A DNA stretch of 64,000 nt. Source: Patescibacteria group bacterium. Its GTDB lineage: Bacteria; Patescibacteriota; Minisyncoccia; Phycocordibacterales; UBA918. The DNA lies in assembly GCA_040386275.1 (NCBI GenBank), contig JAZKFU010000009.1, positions 22,367 to 86,366 on the forward strand. Direction: 5' to 3'. The notes beneath the pieces are model-generated. The model had not been told where the DNA came from. It saw only the letters and a list, made by a program, of their open reading frames with translations, and did not search any database. Of this stretch, positions 57,387 to 64,000 are shown one piece after another. Numbering within the stretch: the first letter of the stretch is position 1; each line of letters opens with the position of its first letter. Both the position numbers and the translations under genes were made by a program.

Positions 57387-57448
57387 ACCAAGGGGTGGCA
57401 TCACATACGATGCCGCCCCTTTACCATTTGTATACTCTATAGTATTGT

Positions 57449-57535
57449 ACTGGGCATCAGGCTCAAGACAGCTGGTGGTAGGGGGTCACTCTACCGTAAT
57501 GTATACACAGCCGTGTATATGCCCGCCGAGGTCCA
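57449..57535 (+). promoter_or_regulatory. L10 leader (rplJ autoregulatory RNA)
   Basis: AAGACAGCTGG..hairpin..TAA..hairpin..CCCGCCGAGG upstream of rplJ. Confidence 0.75.
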
Positions 57536-57628
57536 ATTTCTTAGATTTTGGGGTCGAAGCCTAGGGTTATAAAAATTAATTTTGTAACCGTGGGCCTGTA
57601 TTTATAAGATCGTAATCACACAAATTTC

Positions 57629-58114
57629 GTGGCCATTACAAAAGCAAAGAAGGTAGATATCCTCAGTAAGTTGACTGAAGTAAAAGATACTGCAGACTCA
57701 ATTGTGTTCGTTCACTATAAAGGTCTTTCAGTAGCTGCTACTACAGCAATGCGCAAGGAACTACGAGAAAAAGGCGTCGGCATGTTCGTAGCCAAAAAGA
57801 CTCTTATGGGTCGCGCATTTGATGGAGCATTCACCGGCACTATGCCAACACTCGACGGCGAAATCGCTGTTGCATACAGTGTTGACGCAATGGCGCCAGC
57901 TCAGAATATGAAGGAGTTTTCAACCAAGTTCAAAGACAAGATTACTATTGTTGGCGGTGTCTTCCAAGGTGCCTACAAGAATAAAGAAGAAATGATTGAA
58001 ATTGCTTCGATTCCATCACTTGATGTACTCCGAGGAATGTTTGCTCAACTCATCAACTCACCACGTCAGCGTTTCGCTGTGGTATTGGATGCAGTATCAG
58101 GAACAAAGAGTTAA
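57629..58114 (+). CDS. rplJ: 50S ribosomal protein L10
   Basis: YKGLSV, MRKELR, VAKKTL, ASIPS; upstream of rplL. Confidence 0.95.
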   Translation: MAITKAKKVDILSKLTEVKDTADSIVFVHYKGLSVAATTAMRKELREKGVGMFVAKKTLMGRAFDGAFTGTMPTLDGEIAVAYSVDAMAPAQNMKEFSTKFKDKITIVGGVFQGAYKNKEEMIEIASIPSLDVLRGMFAQLINSPRQRFAVVLDAVSGTKS

Positions 58115-58139
58115 TTACTAATACATTACACATATACAT

Positions 58140-58502
58140 ATGACTAACGATCAAATTATCGAAGCCGTTGAAAAAATGACTGTTCTTGAACTCAACACTC
58201 TCGTAAAGACAATTGAAGAGAAGTGGGGAGTATCTGCTACAGCAGTAGCAGTAGCTGGTCCAGCTGCAGCAGCTGGTGGAGCTGATGAACAATCAGAATT
58301 CACTGTTGAACTTACAGAAGCTGGTGCGCAAAAAATTGCTGTTATCAAGGTAATCAAGGAAGTACTTGGTCTTGGACTCAAGGAAGCCAAGGACCTCGTT
58401 GACGCTGCGCCTTCAGTTGTAAAGGAAAACATGAAGAAAGAAGATGCTGATGCCCTTAAAGCTAAGCTTGAAGAGGCTGGAGCAAAAATTACATTAAAAT
58501 AA
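58140..58502 (+). CDS. rplL: 50S ribosomal protein L7/L12
   Basis: [24 protein letters not shown]. Confidence 0.97.
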   Translation: MTNDQIIEAVEKMTVLELNTLVKTIEEKWGVSATAVAVAGPAAAAGGADEQSEFTVELTEAGAQKIAVIKVIKEVLGLGLKEAKDLVDAAPSVVKENMKKEDADALKAKLEEAGAKITLK

Positions 58503-58845
58503 TTTTACAGCATAATAAAACACCCCCTGGTTGGGGGTGTTTTATTATGTAAAAATTTTTTAATGTAATTTTTGAACCGGAAGCGCGCATCAGACAAAAC
58601 AGTCTGGGTGAGAAGTGACTAAATGTCACTTTGCAAGACCTTTTGATAAATCTTTGATTTACAAAAGGTGTACCGCTTCTGTAAGAAGACTGTTTTGTCG
58701 CAAGCGCTGAGGTGGGGTCGAGAGCACTTGGCTGATTTGTGAGCTTGCGAGCAAATCTGCGTAGTGACTCGTGACAAGATTACCCTTAAATAATTTAAAA
58801 CGAAAGTATTTCAAAAAACACTCCCACCTGGGAGTGTTTTTTGTA
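58483..58845 (+). repeat. composite structured element: inverted copy of rplL 3' end, nested family C module, GGTCGAGA core, degenerate direct copy and second terminator
   Basis: IR arms about 58483-58526 and 58532-58574; core 58716-58775 resembles reverse of 3535-3597. Confidence 0.7.
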
Positions 58846-58920
58846 CTTTTAGACTCGTTTACCAGGATTTTGTCCCCAGAGTCTTCTTCGTCGGTATCTA
58901 TAAATGCTACTATTTTAGAT

Positions 58921-61900
58921 ATGACAGAAAAATTAACAGAAATAGTCGCTTTATTACAAATATTACTTTCGCTTGTGATGACGCAAGGTCAGACACTAGC
59001 TACCAATAATAATAACGGTGCTCTTTTAGGATCTACTTCAGTTGTGACTGCGACGACTACTGCGTGGACCCAAATTGCCAAAGAAGGTCAAAGGTTCACT
59101 GTTTCAGGCACACAAACGGTCCGGTATGGATATGGAACGTCATGGGTCCAAAAAACAGTGACTAATTCAGGTACTTGCTCTAATCGTTTTTTTGGAAAGG
59201 ATCCGATTGTAAATCAAGTAAAGGTGTGTCAGGTTTCTTCTACAGTTACCCCGTCAACTCCCACACCAGTAACTATCGCCACTCCGTTTAAGATTGGTGA
59301 CCGGGTGAGTATGACCGCAAACGTTAATGTTCGAACATCAGGTCTAATTTCAGCCACTACACTTATTGGTGTTAATCCACTTGGGAGTGTGGGAACGCTT
59401 ATTGCTGGTCCCACCCGATCTGCTGACGGCCTTGTTTGGTTTAACGTCAACTTCGACGCTGGCTTTGATGGGTGGGTTGGTTCAAATAACTACCGTTTAG
59501 TTACTACCTCGGTCACTCCGTTACCAACCCCAGCACCAACGCCAACCTTCACCACCACCGTCTCTGGTCTCACAGCTACTGCAGCTTTCACGTTAAGTAA
59601 TGGGTGTGAAGGGTACACCATCCTCTGGGGTGACGGTACTCAATCAGCTAAAGCAGCTTCACCATCGGGCAGTTCGTGTACCATGGCGATTGTAAATGTG
59701 TCCCAAGTCCATGCCTATGCTACCGCGGGAACCTATACGGTCACCGTTCAACGGTACAGTAGTGGTACGACTTTAAAAGATACCAGTACCCGAACGGTTA
59801 CTGTTGCTGGCTCAACTCCAGCCCCAACTCCATTGCCCGTAACTATCAACACTCCTTTTAAAATTAATGACCGGGTGAGTATGACCGCAAACGTTAACGT
59901 GCGCTCTACTGGGCTGGTATCTGCAACTACATTACTTGGAGTTAATCCTCTAGGAAGTATGGGAACCCTCGTGGCAGGTCCAACCCAATCTGCTGACGGT
60001 CTCATTTGGTTTAACGTGAATTTTGACACTGGCTTTGATGGTTGGGTGGGAGCAAATAACTACCGTTTAGTTACTACCGTTACTCCATTGCCGTCTCCAA
60101 CACCAACGCCAATTCCTGTACCAGCGCCAACACTTGTTGTGAACGCTAACCCTACGAGCGTTACTACTGGTAACACTGCTGTAATTTCTTGGTCAAGTAC
60201 TAACGCCACCGCGTGTACAGCGAGCGGCGCCTGGAGCGGTTCTCGAGCGGTGACTGGTTCATTCACGACGAGTGCTCTTAATACCACGGGCACCCAAACA
60301 TACTCCATGACCTGTACCGGTTCAGGCGGCAGTGTGACCCGTTCTGGTAGTGTGGCAGTAACCGCGGCGGCAACAGTAACTCCAACCCCAGCTCCAACTA
60401 CGCCAACAGTATTTGGTCCGCGAACCCCAAGTCCACTTTCGGTACGACAAATCCACAGTGGCCACAGCCTCACCGACGGCGGTACGTTCCAAGGTACCTA
60501 CCCGGGGCACTTCCGGAATATGATTAATAGTATCCAAGCCAATAGTGCCAATGTCGCTCAAAGTACCATTCCGGGTTCTCCGCTCCATTGGCGCTGGAAC
60601 AACGTACCGGGCTATGGTCAGCCTGATGCCCGCGGTGATATCGGTAACTATCAGTTACTTGTTATTACCGAAGGCGTGCCATTCATCTTCTCTGCCTCCA
60701 ACCCCGAGTGGACCCTTGAACACCGCACCTGGCTGCGCACCTGGGCCGAACACGCCTGGCGCAACGGTAATGGCGGCGCGGGTGCACCAACCATCTTATA
60801 CGCCACCTGGACCAACATCGATGATGCGGACGGACCGTTCCGCCAAAACCTCGATACCTACCAACCTATCTGGGAGGATATGGCTGACTACGCGTCTGCT
60901 AACCTACCTGCTCAAGCCAAGGTATACATTATTCCGGCGAACCTTTTAATGAAACGCTTCTACGATGACATTCAAGCCGGACGAGTACCGGGTATCAATA
61001 ACATTAGTGGTTTCTTCTCTGATGCCATTCACCCTAATGGCTTAGGAAGTTACGCGGTAGCGCTTCAACACCTTCTCGTGATTCACCACATTGACCCGCG
61101 CGGACTGCGGTCCACTGGTTTTGGCTTAAGTCCTGAACCTTCAGCGGCTCTGGCTAAGTACATTCAAGATACCGTGTGGGATGTGACGACGAAGTATCCA
61201 CGTAGTGGGGTGACGGCGGGGAATACAACCACCTCAACGCAAACCCCAAGTACAGTTCCAACCCCAACCCTGTCTCTGAGTGCTAACCCAACCAGTCTTA
61301 CCGCTGGTAACGCCGCTACACTGAACTGGTCAAGTACCAACGCCACCGCATGTTCTGCTGGTGGTGCATGGAGTGGATCGCGGGCGGTAAACGGTTCATT
61401 TACTACGGGTGCACTTAGTACTGTGGGTACACAAATTTTCAACCTTACGTGTACGGGAAGTGGAGGAAGTGTGAGTCGTTCTGCAAGTGTGGGTGTGACA
61501 GCGTCTACAGTAACCTCTGCGCCTACCGTTACCTCGTGTACGGTACCAACCCTGACCTTTAATCCGGCTGACTTCGACCGCGTGATTGATGGCACAGAAA
61601 TCACCAGTACATTGACCCTGGATGGATCTGCTTGGAATAATACGCTGATTAGAAATTGTCGCGTGCGTAACACCGCTGGGGATGGAATTCTTCTCCGTAA
61701 TGTGAGCAACGTGGTAATTACCGGTTGTACGTTTGAAAATATGGGCGGAAATGCGGCGGTCCGAGGGAGTTCAAGTGGCGGGACGTCAAACGTGACGCTT
61801 TATAGAAATACTGTGAATGGAACTGCTTCAAACGGTTTCCATTTTGCAGAACGAATTGCTTCGGGAGTGGATCACGTAAACTTGCGTATTATTGGCAATA

Positions 61901-62349
61901 CACTCAGTAATACGGGTCGAGCTTCGTCAGATGGTTCAACCCACGCTTTGTATATCCAAGCGCATGATTCTCTGATTACCCATAACACTATTAATGGTTC
62001 GCGCAATGGAAACGGTATCTCCGTTCGCAGTTCAGGGGAAGTGTCGTGTAATACCGTATCAGGCACTTCATCAAATGGTAAGCCAGGTATTCGCTATTAC
62101 TCAGACCATAATACTGGTTTGACCAATACCCTTATTATCAATAGAAATACCGTAAGCGGAGCAACTGAAGGAATAAATATCTATCAACCAGTCGTCAGGT
62201 ATGATGGCCAGACTGGATTAGATCACGTGGTGAAAAACTTTGTGATTACCAACAACGATGTCCGGAATAACACCAATGGTATTGGTATTGCCAGTCAGTA
62301 CAATCAATCACCGTTTACCGTGACGCAGTCAGGAAATATGACTAATTAA
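58921..62349 (+). CDS. large modular surface protein (2x SH3-like, PKD-like, 2x Ig-like, SGNH-like esterase, parallel beta-helix)
   Basis: Duplicated VNVR..WFNVNFD.GFDGWVG units, GHSLTD...DAIHPN, Asn-rich beta-helix repeats, PT linkers. Confidence 0.8.
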   Translation: MTEKLTEIVALLQILLSLVMTQGQTLATNNNNGALLGSTSVVTATTTAWTQIAKEGQRFTVSGTQTVRYGYGTSWVQKTVTNSGTCSNRFFGKDPIVNQVKVCQVSSTVTPSTPTPVTIATPFKIGDRVSMTANVNVRTSGLISATTLIGVNPLGSVGTLIAGPTRSADGLVWFNVNFDAGFDGWVGSNNYRLVTTSVTPLPTPAPTPTFTTTVSGLTATAAFTLSNGCEGYTILWGDGTQSAKAASPSGSSCTMAIVNVSQVHAYATAGTYTVTVQRYSSGTTLKDTSTRTVTVAGSTPAPTPLPVTINTPFKINDRVSMTANVNVRSTGLVSATTLLGVNPLGSMGTLVAGPTQSADGLIWFNVNFDTGFDGWVGANNYRLVTTVTPLPSPTPTPIPVPAPTLVVNANPTSVTTGNTAVISWSSTNATACTASGAWSGSRAVTGSFTTSALNTTGTQTYSMTCTGSGGSVTRSGSVAVTAAATVTPTPAPTTPTVFGPRTPSPLSVRQIHSGHSLTDGGTFQGTYPGHFRNMINSIQANSANVAQSTIPGSPLHWRWNNVPGYGQPDARGDIGNYQLLVITEGVPFIFSASNPEWTLEHRTWLRTWAEHAWRNGNGGAGAPTILYATWTNIDDADGPFRQNLDTYQPIWEDMADYASANLPAQAKVYIIPANLLMKRFYDDIQAGRVPGINNISGFFSDAIHPNGLGSYAVALQHLLVIHHIDPRGLRSTGFGLSPEPSAALAKYIQDTVWDVTTKYPRSGVTAGNTTTSTQTPSTVPTPTLSLSANPTSLTAGNAATLNWSSTNATACSAGGAWSGSRAVNGSFTTGALSTVGTQIFNLTCTGSGGSVSRSASVGVTASTVTSAPTVTSCTVPTLTFNPADFDRVIDGTEITSTLTLDGSAWNNTLIRNCRVRNTAGDGILLRNVSNVVITGCTFENMGGNAAVRGSSSGGTSNVTLYRNTVNGTASNGFHFAERIASGVDHVNLRIIGNTLSNTGRASSDGSTHALYIQAHDSLITHNTINGSRNGNGISVRSSGEVSCNTVSGTSSNGKPGIRYYSDHNTGLTNTLIINRNTVSGATEGINIYQPVVRYDGQTGLDHVVKNFVITNNDVRNNTNGIGIASQYNQSPFTVTQSGNMTN

Positions 62350-62462
62350 GTTCAGAAAATTTATATCCAATTACAGCCCTACGTGTAAGGGCTGTTTTTG
62401 TTATTTGACAGGATACAAAACTCGTATTATTGTTCTTGTCCAATCAAAGTAAGGGAGTGAAC

Positions 62463-62708
62463 ATGGCCGAAGTGATCCTACACGCTGAGATGGCGTACAT
62501 CAAATATGCCAAAGATAGGGGAGTGAAAACCCTGGTTGCATGGTTCCGAGCCGAATTGGTCAGTCGAGACGACGCAACGAAAGAACGGTTGGGCGCTCTC
62601 TCTGACTCTCGTCTGGAGGAGCGTGAGCACGAGCACGAGACCGAAGATTTGGCGCAACGATGGCGCGCGGCACGGCTGGCACGGTCGCAGGTTAGTTCGG
62701 TCGCGTAA
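62463..62708 (+). CDS. hypothetical protein
   Basis: TTGACA promoter, GGGAG SD, hairpin after stop. Confidence 0.6.
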   Translation: MAEVILHAEMAYIKYAKDRGVKTLVAWFRAELVSRDDATKERLGALSDSRLEEREHEHETEDLAQRWRAARLARSQVSSVA

Positions 62709-62863
62709 GCCGACTATCTTATAAGATGAAACAGGGCCCTCATTTTATTGTGAGGGCTTTTTCTTTTGTGAGGACAAATCTCGTGGGTGGGCATCATGCA
62801 GAGAATACCGTCAAGACTGTGGAGAGCTTCTTTGGTGTTAAAATACTCGTACAAGATTCTGAT

Positions 62864-63499
62864 ATGGCTGATCCACTTTCCATTCTGTTTGGTAGCACTG
62901 CCCGGGTAAAACTCCTTCGGTTTTTTCTATTCAACCCGTCAAAAGAATTTACCTTTGATGAAATAAGTAAACGAGCCCGGTTGGTACGTCGCACAGCCCG
63001 GACTGAAATTTCTGCTCTGGAAAAAGCGGGCGTGATTGTGAAGCGGTCAATGTATGTACTGATTGATGGCAAGAAAAAAAAGATGAAGGTGCTAGGGTTT
63101 GCGTTAAATAAAGATTTCCAAGAACTTCAAGCCCTACAAACATTTTTATTTGAAACGGCCCCGATTGATGGAAAGAATCTCATTACTCACTTACGAAAGG
63201 CTGGGGTCATTGATTTCTTGGTGATTGCGGGCGTCTTTGTGCGGGAGTTTGAGCAGTCGCTTGATGTATTAATTGCTATGAAGAAAATATCTCAAGCTAA
63301 AGTAGAGACCGCCATAAGAGCACTCGAGTCAGAAATTGGGATGGAGATTCGTTTTGCGTTGATGTCTGATGAAGACTTATTGTATCGGGTAGGAATGAAT
63401 GACAAATTGACGCGTGAGCTATTTGATTACAAACACCAGATTTTGGTAGATAAAATCGGCGTGCGAGACGAACTCCATAGAGGATCGTTTAGGAGCTAA
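62864..63499 (+). CDS. winged-HTH plus degenerate nucleotidyltransferase-like protein
   Basis: LFGSTARVKLLRFF..NP, EI..LEKAG; AGVF....LDVLI. Confidence 0.75.
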   Translation: MADPLSILFGSTARVKLLRFFLFNPSKEFTFDEISKRARLVRRTARTEISALEKAGVIVKRSMYVLIDGKKKKMKVLGFALNKDFQELQALQTFLFETAPIDGKNLITHLRKAGVIDFLVIAGVFVREFEQSLDVLIAMKKISQAKVETAIRALESEIGMEIRFALMSDEDLLYRVGMNDKLTRELFDYKHQILVDKIGVRDELHRGSFRS

Positions 63500-63574
63500 C
63501 AAAAAACCACCGCACGAAGACCGGAGTCTTGTGGGTGGGGAGGAGGTGCCGTGGAAACGGCACCTCCTTTGTGT

Positions 63575-63985
63575 TTATTTAGACCAACCTAACGGGTGGG
63601 CCATACACGGAACCGTGTTGGGGGTTCCAGGTTCAGCTAGTTTGCTGATGGCCCAGGTGTACCCTTTTTCATCGCGGCCAGCAAAGGCAGGGGAGCCTGT
63701 CATTTCTTGGTGGTGAGCAGCTGTCCAGATAAAGTCGAGCAACCCTCCCTTGAAGGTGTTTTCGGGGCTCCAGACCATCGGCGGTTCATTGCGAAACTGA
63801 ATGGTCATAGTGTCGTGCGGCGCACTCCACTTTCCATCGACCAGCTCTGGCCCCGACAGAGTGAATTTCTCAGAAATCTCGAGCTGCAGGTCATCTACCG
63901 CCCACTGCAGACAGAACATATTGTCCTGAGCCTGGGCTATGTTTGCGCCAGCAAGTAGCGTGACGACGGCTAGAGTGCGAAGCAT
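63575..63985 (-). CDS. secreted hypothetical protein
   Basis: AAGGA SD; signal peptide ending AQA; upstream context cut by window end. Confidence 0.6.
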   Translation of the reverse strand: MLRTLAVVTLLAGANIAQAQDNMFCLQWAVDDLQLEISEKFTLSGPELVDGKWSAPHDTMTIQFRNEPPMVWSPENTFKGGLLDFIWTAAHHQEMTGSPAFAGRDEKGYTWAISKLAEPGTPNTVPCMAHPLGWSK

Positions 63986-64000
63986 TTCAAATCCTTTCAA

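Noticed and set aside
12185-58845. Dispersed repeats as a CRISPR array
   Set aside because: Copies are scattered and divergent with no regular repeat-spacer period; no cas genes
58771-58920. Upstream extension of the large surface protein ORF
   Set aside because: Runs through the repeat element and terminator; ATG 58921 is more plausible (similar trimming applied at 16851, 18510, 20096, 22293, 25313, 50927, 53215, 62726)

Overview
64 kb of a small, genetic-code-11 bacterial chromosome. Gene content and style (AT-rich SD-less housekeeping starts, homodimeric GlyRS, IleRS with an inserted phosphatase domain, split ribosomal-protein clusters, DUF2914/SIMPL/PG-binding surface proteins) point to Patescibacteria/CPR, probably Parcubacteria; this is inference. 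Housekeeping content: htrA, mscL, class I RNR (nrdB with ATP-cone, nrdA), secE-nusG, rplK, argS, ileS, recO, glyQS, metG, tatD, rpsF-ssb-rpsR, efp, an ECF sigma factor, recA, ftsK, rplJ-rplL, tRNA-His(GTG) and tRNA-Pro(GGG). Three things stand out. (1) A ~10 kb pyrimidine island where the whole dTMP cycle (folA, a divergent thyA, glyA, dut, tmk, dCMP-type deaminase) is interleaved with a cytidylyltransferase, two non-canonical HIT proteins, a DNPH1/NDT-like N-glycosidase and degenerate Nudix proteins. (2) A pervasive set of non-coding, modular, nested palindromic elements (at least four families, some with compensatory base changes). One type has a conserved core flanked by inverted and direct copies of the 3' end of the gene it follows (tRNA-His, rplL). 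(3) Orphan genes with strong SD sequences, a shared ECF-like promoter motif and a stand-alone sRNA candidate carrying anti-SD tracts. No CRISPR array, rRNA, transposase or integrase gene was seen.
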